Below, piece after piece: positions 1 through 10,030 of a DNA stretch of 64,000 nucleotides. A program made the translations under genes and the position numbers. Where the stretch lies: positions 1 to 64,000 of the forward strand of contig CAWDSK010000003.1 in assembly GCA_963804995.1 (NCBI GenBank), in the 5' to 3' direction. The notes below the pieces were generated by a model. That model was not told the origin of the DNA. It made no database searches and worked only from the letters and a program-made list of their open reading frames with translations. How positions within the stretch are numbered: the first letter of the stretch is position 1; every line of letters starts with the position of its first letter. This DNA is from an uncultured Acidobacteriota bacterium (GTDB taxonomy: Bacteria; Acidobacteriota; Terriglobia; UBA7540).

Positions 1-69
1 CTGTGTCAATATAACTGAGACACCTCCCCTATGGTAAATTAGAGTAGAGGGCGGGGAGGAGAAATCATT

Positions 70-573
70 ATGATAGCAGCAAAGATCAAAGCAACCCAAG
101 GATACGAAGGAGCTCGTAGGGCGACTGAGGTTCCCTGGGGCGGAGCCCCGCAAGAAGTCAATCCCTCTCAAGGTGCGCCTTCGATCCTGCCAGACTCCGA
201 GGTTCCGGCTAAAGCCGCTCGGCGACGTTTTACGGCTGAATACAAGCTTCGCGTCCTTACGCTTGCCGATGCCTGCAACACACCTGGATGCCTTGGCAAG
301 CTCCTGCGCCACGAGGGACTCTATGCATCAAATCTCGACACCTGGCGTCGTCAGCGCGACCGCGGCGTACTATCCGCCCTCGCGCCTAAGAAGCGGGGTC
401 GCAAGGAATCAGTCCGCAATCCTCTTGCAGCAGAGAACGAGAGGCTCCGCAAGGAGAATGAGCGGCTTACCAATCGCCTCAGAAAGGCAGAAATCATCAA
501 CGACGTTCAAAAAAAAATATCACAGCTTCTGGGGATCCCGATTGCGACCGACGAGAATGGAGAGAACGAGTGA
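70..573 (+). CDS. IS3-family transposase OrfA (HTH)
   Basis: RRRFTAEYKLRVL...LLRHEGLYASNLDTWRRQ, coiled coil, and an A-run at DVQKK near the 3' end. Confidence 0.85.
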   Translation: MIAAKIKATQGYEGARRATEVPWGGAPQEVNPSQGAPSILPDSEVPAKAARRRFTAEYKLRVLTLADACNTPGCLGKLLRHEGLYASNLDTWRRQRDRGVLSALAPKKRGRKESVRNPLAAENERLRKENERLTNRLRKAEIINDVQKKISQLLGIPIATDENGENE

Positions 574-1563
574 TGGAAGCCGCTCTTACCTTTCCTCTGA
601 TGTCGGGATCAAATCAGCATGTGAATCGCTTGATATCCCTCGTTGGGGCTCTACCGGACGCAGGCGCGGAAAAATGCGCCTCTCATGGAGCCGCTGAAAC
701 GTCCGAGCCCTCCGCGTGCTCTGTCTTCAGACAACGGCAAGGAGTGCTTGACGTCCTCCATTCTGATCGGTTCGTGGACAAGGCGCCTCAGGAGATTACG
801 CAACCCTATTGGATGAAGGCTCATATCAATGCTCTATCAGCACCATGTACCGCATCCTTGAAGAAAACCAGGAGGTCAAGGAACGCAGGAACCAGCTCAC
901 CCATCCTGTGTATCAGAAGCCGGAGCTTTTGGCCATGGCACCGAACCAAGTCTGGTCCTGGGATATTACCAAGCTTTTAGGCCCGGCAAAGTGGACCTAT
1001 TTTTATCTCTATGTGATCCTGGACATCTTCAGCCGCTACGTCGTCGGCTGGATGATCGCCCCTGCGGAATCGGCTGCATTGGCGGAAAGACTCATCAAGG
1101 AAACCTGTGCAAAGCAGAACATCGAAAAAGGACAACTCACTATTCACGCAGACCGTGGCTCGTCCATGAGGTCCAGGCCGGTTGCCTTGCTCCTGGCCGA
1201 TCTGGGCATCACTAAGACCCACAGCAGACCGTATACGAGTGATGATAATCCATTTTCCTGGTCTCAGTTCAAGACGCTCAAGTATATGCCGGACTTCCCC
1301 GACCGATTCGGCTGCATCGAGGATAGCCGAAGTTTCGGTCAGATCTTCTTTCCCTGGTATAACACAAGCATCATCACTCCGGCATCGGACTGCACACGCC
1401 GGAGTCCGTCCACTACGGATTTGCGAAGGATGTGCAAAAAGCCAGAGGCGAGGTGCTTCTCACCACGTATGAGGCACATCCTGAACGGTTTGTGAAGAAA
1501 GCGCCTGTTCCTCCTTCATTACCGGCTGCAGTTTGGATTAACAACCGAAACCGGTCCCTCTGA
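573..1563 (+). pseudogene. IS3-family transposase OrfB (DDE integrase), several frameshifts
   Basis: PNQVWSWDITKL, ILDIFSRYVVGW, IHADRGSSM, SRPYTSDDNPFS; the tail HHHSGIGLHTP...HPERF is in another frame. Confidence 0.85.
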
Positions 1564-1705
1564 GCGAGGAAAAAGTACACTAAATTCGGACGAGGGGTGT
1601 CTCAAAGTCATTGACAAATTCCGGAAGTGATGCAGGAAATCCTCGAACTGAAAAAGAAGCAGGCTAAAGGTAAGTAAGTAGCTACCGTCATGAAAGGATA
1701 ATCCC

Positions 1706-1945
1706 ATGAAAATAATTGCATTGAATGGAAGTCCAAGGAAGAAATGGAACACAGCAATCCTTCTGCAAAAGGCTCTCGAAGGTGCTGCCTTCACAGGGCG
1801 CTAAAGCGGAACTGATTCATCTCTATGACCTCAACTATAAAGGGTGCATAAGTTGCTTTGCCTGTAAAACCCTTGGTGGGAAAAGTTATGGTAAATGCAT
1901 TGTTCAGGATGACTTGGCTCCTCTGTTCAGCAGGATTGAACAGGC
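1706..1945 (+). pseudogene. Truncated flavodoxin-like iron-sulfur flavoprotein / NADPH-dependent FMN reductase, N-terminal part only
   Basis: MKIIALNGSPRKKWNT, then after a frameshift LYDLNYKGCISCFAC...C; similarity ends abruptly near 1945. Confidence 0.75.
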
Positions 1946-2121
1946 CGGACTCCCGCAGGCGGCCGATCGGCGGCTGAGTGGGCAGGAAGGCAAGGATGTC
2001 GGCCTGGCGCTTTTCCACGCTTTGCAGGAAGCGCTGGCAGGCGTGGCCGAGTTCCTCGGGACCCTTGGCGTGGTCATTGCCTTCTGGTTCGCACGGTGTT
2101 TGGTTCATGGTGGCGTTTTGG

Positions 2122-2997
2122 TTATAGCCCGTTCAGTTGATCCAGGGCAGACCCGGTGACGAAATCGTTGGAGGGTTCCTGCGGATCGGGAAGCGGAGGC
2201 TCGATCTTGTTGAGCCAGTTGATAAAAAGCGAAGAGTTGGGCTTCCTTCGGTTCGCTCGGCACCAGTTCGCCGCCTTCCATGTTCCCGGTCCACGTTGAT
2301 GCCCGCGTAGGTGGGATCGGCCTTCAGTCTGGCAAGCTCGGCTTGAATATCGCCCTTCAGACGGCGCCGGCCCCCCGGGGCGTACATCTCCCTTTTTTGC
2401 ATTCTTGCATTCTTCGCCTTCTTCCAATTCTTGTACCTTCTTTAATTCTTTGTTAGTCGTTGGCTGCTCGTTGGCTGCTCGTTGACTGTTCGTTAGCGGT
2501 TCGTTGGCCGTTTGTTGGCTGCTCGTGGCTGGGGTGTCAGGCTGTTCGTTGCCTGAGCCGATGTTTGATGTTTGAAAACCCTTGTGTTTGAAGAGTGTTC
2601 CAATAGTTCCTTTTGTTCGTTGCCCTCATTTCCGAAAAAATTCATAGGATTCGAACCCGCTTGGCGGTTCGATATTCTTGCTGGCTCATCCCATAGGCGG
2701 CCCGTCGCAAGAAATGCCTCGCCCGCCTTCAATCCGTGCCGATTGAGCCCGGTGCCCCGCCAAGCCCGAAGCGCGATGAAAACGAGCAACACCAGGGCAT
2801 TTGGGTTCATGGCCCCCAACTCCTACCGACCTAGGATCCGGTGCCATCTTTAATCCACCCCCATTCCCCTCTTTCCGTAGGAAGAGGATCGGCCCTGGGA
2901 TTCCCGTAGGGCAATCAGAAGGGGCATCCCTCATCGTTGGCTGGCTGGGCGGCAGGTTCAGATTCGGAAGCTCCGGGTTCGCTGGCTCGGCGTTCAT
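2122..2997 (-). pseudogene. Decayed phage-type replication initiator region (fragments)
   Basis: Downstream of a dnaB-like gene; contains an 11-bp iteron-like array and a C-terminal FINWLNK motif of the kind seen in phage replication proteins. Confidence 0.45.
2459..2524. repeat. Six tandem 11-bp repeats (consensus GTTGGCTGCTC), iteron-like
   Basis: GTTGGCTGCTC GTTGGCTGCTC GTTGACTGTTC GTTAGCGGTTC GTTGGCCGTTT GTTGGCTGCTC. Confidence 0.85.
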
Positions 2998-3063
2998 GGG
3001 GAATGTCCTTCGGCTCGATGGAATGCGCCGCCAACTCGAACCGGGTGAAGCCCCGATGGAAGA

Positions 3064-3862
3064 TCAGGGGGATGTCCCGCACCGGGCCGTTGCGTTGTTT
3101 GGCAATAAAGAGATTGATCTGCGTAGCGGTCCTGTTTTCATCCGGTGCCGCCTTGGGTTTATGAGGACACCCACCAGATCGGCGTCTTGCTTGAAGTGCT
3201 GCCCGCTCTCCCGTAAATCGGAGAGACGGGGGCGACGGTTCTCTTTGTCAGCCTCCGGTTGCAACTGGCTCAGGAGGACGATGGGGACCTTCAACTCCTT
3301 CGCCAGATTCTTGACCCCCAAAGAAATGTCGGCGATTTCCTGCTGGCGATTGTCGGCGCGCCGGTTGGTGGAATGAATCAAGCCGAGGTAGTCAATCACA
3401 AAAATCTCTATCTGGTGCTGCTGGTGCATGCGCCGGGCCTTGGACCGCAGTTGCAGGATGGACAGGCCGCCCTGGTCGTTGATATGGAGCCTCGAATGGG
3501 CAATTTTCGCCGCGGCCGTGGTCAATCCTTTCATGTCATCCCCGGTGAACTGGCCGCGCTCGCTGATGGCGGCGAGGTCGCCCGCGCGGGAGCACAGCAT
3601 CCGCATGACGAGTTGGTCGGCCGGCATCTCCAGGGAGAACACCCCCACAGGCGCGCCCTTCATCCACGGCCAGGTGTTCGGCAATCTGCATCGACAGGCT
3701 TGATTTCCCCAGACTCGGCCGGCCGGCAATGATCCACATTTGCCCCGGCTGCATTCCCCCGCTCAATGTAGAAAGTCTTCGCGGTACCTGAGATTTCCGG
3801 CGCGACAGACAAGTCTGCGATTGTCGACACATCGGACGCCAAAACTTCTGGCGCCTGGACAC
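3064..3862 (-). pseudogene. dnaB: DnaB-like replicative helicase C-terminal fragment, frameshifted
   Basis: IIAGRPSLGKS Walker A, FSLEMPADQL, IDYLGLI, LKNLAKEL-like motif, RPRLSDLRESG spread over different frames; N-terminal domain missing. Confidence 0.85.
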
Positions 3863-4074
3863 GGCCGATCTGAATCAGATCATTTCCCATGGAGCGGCAC
3901 TGAGCCTTGAAATCCAGTATAGCGTGAAACTTTCACTTTGAGTAGCAAGCGCGGGCAGGCGGTCAACGATAAATAATCAAGCTACGGCTTAACGCAGTGG
4001 TGAGCAGCTCGCAGGTTGCCTTCCTTCGATCGAGAAGCGTGCTCATAAACAGAGGCAGCGGCGCAAGTGGACCC

Positions 4075-5782
4075 TTACCCCGTCGCCTGACGCAGCATGG
4101 CGGCGGCGTGCTTCAGAACCGCGTCGGTGATGCGGCTGCCCGAGAGCATCCTCGCCAACTCTTCGGCGCGTTCCTTGACGCTCTCCAACGGTTTTATGGT
4201 GGTCACCGTGCGGCCCCCACGTTCAGCCTTTTCAACGTAGTAATGGTGATCGGCAAAACAGGCGATTTGGGCAAGATGCGTAACGCATAGGACCTGCGTG
4301 TCGCGCGCCAGCCGCTTCAGGCGCTGCCCCACCGACTCCGCCACCCGACCACCAATTCCGGTGTCGATTTCGTCAAAAATGAACGTTGGGGTGTCCCACT
4401 TGTTGCTCTTAGCGGGGCATAGCGGCCCTTGTCCCACCACAGTCTTCAGGGCCAGCATCAAACGTGAAATTTCACCCCCCGACGCAATTTTCTCCATCAC
4501 GCGCAATTCTTCTCCAGGATTGGGCGAAATGCGGAACTCAATCCTATCGATTCCACTCGGTCCACCCTGTCCCTCGGGTGCGCTCTCAAAATGCACTTCG
4601 ATGCGCGTCTTTTCCATCCCGAGTTGAGCCAATTCTTCGCGCACCAGCTTCACCAATTTTCGCGCGGCATCGCGCCGTTTCTCAGAAAGCGCGTCGGCGG
4701 TTTTTCGATATTCCCTTGCCGCCTGGGCAAGTTCCTTCCGAACGACTTCGCGCCGCTCATCCGCATGTTCCATACTCGCTAGCCGCTGGCGCGTTTCGGC
4801 GGCATAAGCGAGGATGGCCTCAACGCTCGCGCCATATTTCCGTTTCAGGCGGTCGATTAACGCCAGGCGATCTTCAATTTCTTCCAGACGCTGAGGATTA
4901 GCTTCCAGTTTTTCCAGATAATCGCGCAGGAACACCGCGATATCTTCTAACGAGGCCCGCGCTGCGGCGAGCGGCTCGAGATGAGGCTCAATCGCCGTGT
5001 CGTACCGCCGTAGTTCTTCTAGTTGCCGCGCGGCAGCGGCGAGGCGCGACACGGCAGCGCCCTCGTCCTCATAGAGCTCCGCGTAGGCGCTCGAACGCGG
5101 CGGCGCGGATTTTTTCCAAGTTGGAGAGAATCCGGCGCTCTTCTTCCCAACGCGCGTCCTCGCCAGGATCCAGTTGGGCTTGATCGAGTTCGTGCACCTG
5201 GAAACTCAGCAGGTCGATGGTTCGCAGCCGTTCCTGCTCGTTATGACTCAGGTCGTCAAGCTCCTGCTCAAGCCCACGGCGTCGCGTATGGAGCGCACGC
5301 ACGTTTTCGAGTTCCGCTTCCACTCCCGCAAACTGGTCAAGAAGGTCAAGCTGTGCTTCACGCGCGAAGAGTGCGACGTGTTCGTTCTGGCCGTGCATTT
5401 CCACCAAGCCCCGAGCCAATACTCGTGTTGCCCCCAAAGTCACCGGCTGGTCGTTCACCAGCAATCGGCTCTTGCCGCCCGCTTGCACCTCGCGACGCAG
5501 GATCAGCTCACCTTCTTCGCCAGGAGGCACGCCGTGCTCTTCAAGCCAGTCAGACCACGGAGCTTTACCTGTGACGGAGAAAACGGCGGTCACGAGAGCC
5601 CGCTCCTGTCCGGTGCGAATGATATCCGCAGAAGCACGGCCACCCAGTGCCAAGCCCAAGGCGTCCACCAGGATCGACTTGCCGGAGCCCGTTTCCCCCG
5701 AAAGCAGGTTCAAGCCGGGACCAAATTCCACCGCCAGGTTATCGATGACGGCGTAATTCTGAATGTGAATTTCGCGTAACAT
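4075..5782 (-). CDS. recN: DNA repair protein RecN (one apparent frameshift near 5093)
   Basis: MLREIHIQNYAVID...GETGSGKS; ASGGEISRLMLALK, FDEIDTGIGG, CVTHLAQIA. Confidence 0.95.
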
Positions 5783-5964
5783 GGTGTTATGCGCCAGAGT
5801 CTATCATATTGAGGCATCGAAGATGCAGCCGGTGGGTGGGAACCCCCTCGTCACCGTTATAAACTCGACCCGTCGGGGCGTTCCTTCGTTGACTGCCTCC
5901 GGTCACTGTGCTAGGTTGAATTACGGGGTCGGTCGCACAGGTTCAGTTGTCAAAAGGAGGATAA

Positions 5965-6684
5965 TTGACTGCTGCTTTGCTGCTTTTCTACCAAGGTTTC
6001 TATCAGGATTTCTATCGCGGTGAGGTCTGGCAGCTCTTGTCGAGCACGGGGATGGTGGCCAGAATCGTTCTGTTCCTCCTGCTGGCGTTTTCGATCCTCT
6101 CCTGGGCGATCATTTTCCAAAAGGCCCGTCGCTTCCGGGGCGCGCGCCGCGAATCAGAGGAGTTCCTGAGAGTCTTCCGGCAAAGCAAAAAGCTGTCGGA
6201 AATTCGCGCCTTCAGCCGCAGTTTGAAGGAGAGCCCCCTGCCCGAGGTCTTTCAGGCGGGATACCGCGAGATTGAAAGCCAGGCTGTCGTGACCGAAAAC
6301 CCCGGCAAGCCCCGGATTCGCAGCCTGGAGTCGGTGCGTCGAGCATTACAGATAGGCGCCTCCACGGAACTGAGCCGTTTGGAAGAATGGCTGGAGTGGC
6401 TCGCCACTACAGGAGCGGTAACTCCCTTCGTGGGATTGTTCGGAACCGTCTGGGGGATTATCGATGCGTTCCATGGTATGGGCGCCGCCGGCACGGCTTC
6501 GTTGCGCAGCGTCGCTCCGGGCATTTCTGAAGCGCTGATCACCACCGCGGCAGGCTTGTTTACTGCAATCCCGGCGGTCATTGCTTACAATATCTTTCTC
6601 CATCGCATTAGAGAATTTGGAACGGAAATGGATGACTTCGCGATGGAATTCCTGAATATGACAGAACGCTATTTTATGGACTAA
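5965..6684 (+). CDS. tolQ: TolQ (MotA/TolQ/ExbB family)
   Basis: TPFVGLFGTVWGI, VAPGISEALITTAAGL; first gene of the tol-pal cluster. Confidence 0.92.
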   Translation: MTAALLLFYQGFYQDFYRGEVWQLLSSTGMVARIVLFLLLAFSILSWAIIFQKARRFRGARRESEEFLRVFRQSKKLSEIRAFSRSLKESPLPEVFQAGYREIESQAVVTENPGKPRIRSLESVRRALQIGASTELSRLEEWLEWLATTGAVTPFVGLFGTVWGIIDAFHGMGAAGTASLRSVAPGISEALITTAAGLFTAIPAVIAYNIFLHRIREFGTEMDDFAMEFLNMTERYFMD

Positions 6685-6766
6685 GGATTCTGGACTCTGG
6701 CTAGGCGCCTCCGCACCTCCGCGTTTCGTTCAGGGCGGCGCAGCGAGTCCCGCAAGGATGTGAACG

Positions 6767-7192
6767 ATGGCCTTCACCACTTCCCGAGGTAAAACCCAGA
6801 CTTCCCTTTCGGAAATCAACATCACGCCATTCGTGGACGTCGTCCTGGTTCTGCTCATTATCTTCATGCTCACGGCGCCCATCCTGGAATCTGGAATCGA
6901 GGTGGACCTGCCCAAGACCAAGACGGTGAAAGTGGTCTCGGACGAAAAGGTTGTCATCACCATCGATAAGAAACAGAACATCTACGTCGGTAATGATGCG
7001 GTCAATATCCACAAGCTCGGAGTTGCCGTCCTCGATCAACTCAGGGGCGCCGGCAACCAGCCGGTGTTTATCCGTTGCGACCAGAATGTGTCCTTTGGAG
7101 CGTTTGCGCAGGTCGTGGATGCGTTGAAGCAAGCTAGTCTCACCAACTTGAATATCGTTACCGAGCCCTTGGAGACCAAGCCGGGATCGTAG
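6767..7192 (+). CDS. tolR: TolR/ExbD
   Basis: SEINITPFVDVVLVLLIIFM motif. Confidence 0.92.
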   Translation: MAFTTSRGKTQTSLSEINITPFVDVVLVLLIIFMLTAPILESGIEVDLPKTKTVKVVSDEKVVITIDKKQNIYVGNDAVNIHKLGVAVLDQLRGAGNQPVFIRCDQNVSFGAFAQVVDALKQASLTNLNIVTEPLETKPGS

Positions 7193-7297
7193 TGAAGGTA
7201 GTAAGCAGTAGGCAGAAGGCAGTATGCAGAAGAACGGAGATTAGGAGACGGGCGCTTATCCCTGCTACCTAACCCCTAGCACCTGGCATCTGACGAT

Positions 7298-8098
7298 ATG
7301 AGCACGCAAACTCTTGCGCTATACGACGAGCGCCGTGACACCCTGCGGGGCACTCTGCTGCTTTCCCTGAGCCTGCACTTCCTGCTGTTTGTGACGGTCG
7401 TCGCTTACACAACCTTCGGTTTTCGGTTCGGAAACGGTTGGGGACAGCGTTGGGGCACCGGCGATGCGACCCACATTGGCGCCGTTGCATCTTTGCCCGG
7501 GATTCCCTTGCCCACACCCATGCTGACCACCCCCAGCACTCTGGCGACCCAGAACACCGGGCTTTACAAAACCGAACCTCAACCCAAGGTTGAAGCCCCC
7601 CCGGAAGCGGCACAGATTCCCAAGTTTAAGGATGCGGTGAAACCCGAGAAAGCGGAACGGGTCAATAAACGGATCCAGAAGGCCGAGATTATACCGCCGC
7701 CCAATGCCATCCCGTATGGTCAGAGCGGCGCCCCAACCATGAACTATACCCAAATGGTGACGGCCGCAGGATCAGGCAGTATCAGCATGGGCGAGGGCGG
7801 GAACTTCGGCCAGCGTTACGGTTGGTATGTGTCGGCGCTGCGCAATCGTATCAGCGCCAACTGGCTGCTTTCCACTGTTAGCCCTAATATCACTTCGGCT
7901 CCGCGCGTCTATCTTACCTTTCAAATTATGCGCGATGGGACAATCACAGGCCTCCAGATGACACAACCCAGCGGCGTTCCCGAGGTCGATCGCTCCGCCC
8001 TGCGAGCCGTCTTGGCCTCCAGCCCGCTGGCGCCATTGCCGCCTGACTACTCAGGAGGAAGCGTCACAGTGGAGTTTTATTTTGATTTTCATCGCTAG
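7298..8098 (+). CDS. tolA: TolA/TonB-family energy transducer
   Basis: N-terminal TM helix with SxxxH, Pro-rich linker, TonB_C-like end (SGVPEVDRSALRAV); position in tolQR-A-B. Confidence 0.8.
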   Translation: MSTQTLALYDERRDTLRGTLLLSLSLHFLLFVTVVAYTTFGFRFGNGWGQRWGTGDATHIGAVASLPGIPLPTPMLTTPSTLATQNTGLYKTEPQPKVEAPPEAAQIPKFKDAVKPEKAERVNKRIQKAEIIPPPNAIPYGQSGAPTMNYTQMVTAAGSGSISMGEGGNFGQRYGWYVSALRNRISANWLLSTVSPNITSAPRVYLTFQIMRDGTITGLQMTQPSGVPEVDRSALRAVLASSPLAPLPPDYSGGSVTVEFYFDFHR

Positions 8099-8185
8099 GG
8101 AAAATCTTGCCCGCCGGTCCGCGAAAGGATATATCACATTACGAGAGGGTGCACGCCTGGGAAATGAAATTCTGGGAAAGTGGGG

Positions 8186-8224
8186 TTGAGATAAGTTCTC
8201 TCTTACGGCTATAATAGCCGTAAG
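8186..8224 (+). promoter_or_regulatory. IS-internal sigma70-type promoter with overlapping palindrome
   Basis: TTGAGA-18 bp-TATAAT; inverted repeat CTTACGGCTAT-A-ATAGCCGTAAG overlaps the -10 box and the start of the RBS. Confidence 0.6.
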
Positions 8225-8232
8225 GAGGAACC

Positions 8233-8634
8233 ATGGCTCAGTCTTTTGAAGTTCCTGGTCCGGTCCGTGAGCTTGCCGCTCGGTTGGGTCAGTCCCAGCC
8301 CATGCGGCGCGGCTCCCTATCGGAGCGTTATGTGAAATGCGGCAAGCCGGGTTGTGGTTGCGCGGAGGATGCCAAGGCGCGGCACGGCCCTTATTACAGT
8401 CTGACGCGGGCGGTGGGAGGGCAGACCCGCTCCCGCTTCTTGAACCCCGAGGAAGCGCAGCGGGCGCGAGAGCAGATCGAGACGGGCCAGCAGTTTCGGC
8501 GTCAGGTGGAGGCTTACTGGGCTGCCTGTGAGCAATGGGCGGATGCCCAGCTGGAAGCCCGGGAGGAAGAAGGGCAAGCCGAGGTTAAAAAAAACCGCAC
8601 TCGGCGAGGCTCTGGCGCACGACCTCACCGCTGA
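8233..8634 (+). CDS. DUF6788-like accessory protein of ISKra4 element
   Basis: MRRGSLSERYVKCGKPGCGC...HGPYY motif. Confidence 0.8.
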   Translation: MAQSFEVPGPVRELAARLGQSQPMRRGSLSERYVKCGKPGCGCAEDAKARHGPYYSLTRAVGGQTRSRFLNPEEAQRAREQIETGQQFRRQVEAYWAACEQWADAQLEAREEEGQAEVKKNRTRRGSGARPHR

Positions 8635-9940
8635 GATTGAGCGCCTGGTGGGTCGGGAAGCCACGGCGGCTCTGGACTTCGAGGCGGTGGAAACGGCCGT
8701 ACGCCGTCAGGCTTTGCGCTTCGCCGCGCGGGTGGTGGAGCAGCGGCTGAATGCCGACCACTCCGACTTTACCGGAGCCCGTCGGCCGTGTTCCTGCGGT
8801 CAGCCCGCGCGCTATGTAGACCGGCGGGCCAAGCCTTTCCAGACCGTGCTGGGCGAATTACGGCTGGAGCGCGCCTACTATTATTGTGCTGCCTGCCAGC
8901 GCGGGTTCTGTCCTCGTGACCAGCAGTGGGGAATGGAGGACACTTCTCTGTCCCCGGCGGTGACACGCATGGTGGGCACGGTGGGAACCTTGGTGAGCTT
9001 TCAAGAAGGGCGTGAACTCCTCGGGGAATTGGCGGGCGTGGAAGTAAGTGCCAAGCAGGTGGAGCGTACGGCGGAGGCGCTGGGAGCGGAAGTCGCCGAG
9101 GATGAACGCCAACCGGTGGAGGCGGTGAGGGAAGGACCCTTGCCGCCCACCCTCTATCTCGGCCTGGATGGTACCGGCATTCCCATGCGCAAGGAGGAAC
9201 TCACGGGGCGAGCGGGCAAGCAGCCGGATGGCTCCGCCCAAACCCGCGAGGTCAAGGTCTGCGCCATCTGGAGCGCGGAAGCGCGCGATGCCGAAGGCCG
9301 GCCCCGGCGTGATGCTGGCTCGGTCAGCTACTCGGCGGCCATCGAGACGGCGGCCTGCCGCGACACCGACTCCCAGATCGCAGCATTTACCCAGCGCGTC
9401 GAGCGTGAGGCGAAGCGTCGAGACTTCGGGCAAGCCTCTCGCCAAGTGGTGATCGGCGACGGGGCTCCCTGGATCTGGAACATCGCCGCGGAGGTGTTCC
9501 CGCAAGCCCTGCAAATCGTGGATCGTTACCACGTGAAGGAGCATTTGAGCCAAGTGGCCAAGGCCCTCTATGGGCAAGCGGAGGCATCCCATCGCTGGGC
9601 GCAACGTCGGCACCAAGAATTGGATGGCGGGCGTTGGCGGAGTCTGACAACGGCGCTGGCCCGCCATGCGGCCCGCTCACCGGAAGCCCGCAACTGCCTT
9701 CAGTACTTGCAGCGCAACCGGCACCGCATGCGCTACGCGGAATTTCATGCCCAGCACCTGTGTACTTCCTCAGGGGTTCTGGAGGCGGGTTGCAGGGTCG
9801 TCGTGGGGTCGCGCCTAAAACGTTCGGGCATGCATTGGACCGTGCGCGGCTCCAATGCCATCATCGCTCTGCGGTGTTACAAACTCAGCGGTCGCTTCGA
9901 AGACTTCTGGGAACGCCGGGCGCACAGGGTGGGGGCGTGA
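8528..9940 (+). CDS. ISKra4-family transposase (true start uncertain)
   Basis: RAYYYCAAC, LDGTGIPMR, IGDGAPWIW, VDRYHVKEHL, SGVLEAGCRVVVGSRLKRSGMHW. Confidence 0.9.
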   Translation: MSNGRMPSWKPGRKKGKPRLKKTALGEALAHDLTAEIERLVGREATAALDFEAVETAVRRQALRFAARVVEQRLNADHSDFTGARRPCSCGQPARYVDRRAKPFQTVLGELRLERAYYYCAACQRGFCPRDQQWGMEDTSLSPAVTRMVGTVGTLVSFQEGRELLGELAGVEVSAKQVERTAEALGAEVAEDERQPVEAVREGPLPPTLYLGLDGTGIPMRKEELTGRAGKQPDGSAQTREVKVCAIWSAEARDAEGRPRRDAGSVSYSAAIETAACRDTDSQIAAFTQRVEREAKRRDFGQASRQVVIGDGAPWIWNIAAEVFPQALQIVDRYHVKEHLSQVAKALYGQAEASHRWAQRRHQELDGGRWRSLTTALARHAARSPEARNCLQYLQRNRHRMRYAEFHAQHLCTSSGVLEAGCRVVVGSRLKRSGMHWTVRGSNAIIALRCYKLSGRFEDFWERRAHRVGA

Positions 9941-10030
9941 GCCCGCTCACTCCTTCGTCGTGCACCCATTACGAGACATCTGCTTGCAAAGTCGAGCGCA
10001 TCTTAGTATATTGGGAGCCCACTACGAACT

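Larger units (their letters stand above)
4..1616 (+). mobile_element. IS3-family insertion sequence (degenerate or error-containing); left end may extend past the window edge
   Basis: Imperfect terminal inverted repeats TGTCAATATAACTGAGACACC (from 4) and GGTGTCTCAAAGTCATTGACA (to 1616) enclose an HTH orfA and an rve integrase orfB. Confidence 0.85.
8147..9967 (+). mobile_element. ISKra4-family insertion sequence between tolA and tolB
   Basis: Ends GGGTGCACG...CGTGCACCC; 9-bp direct repeat ATTACGAGA at 8138-8146 and 9968-9976. Confidence 0.9.

Noticed and set aside
2459..2524. CRISPR array
   Set aside because: 11-bp units with no spacers and no cas genes; no CRISPR array seen anywhere in the window.
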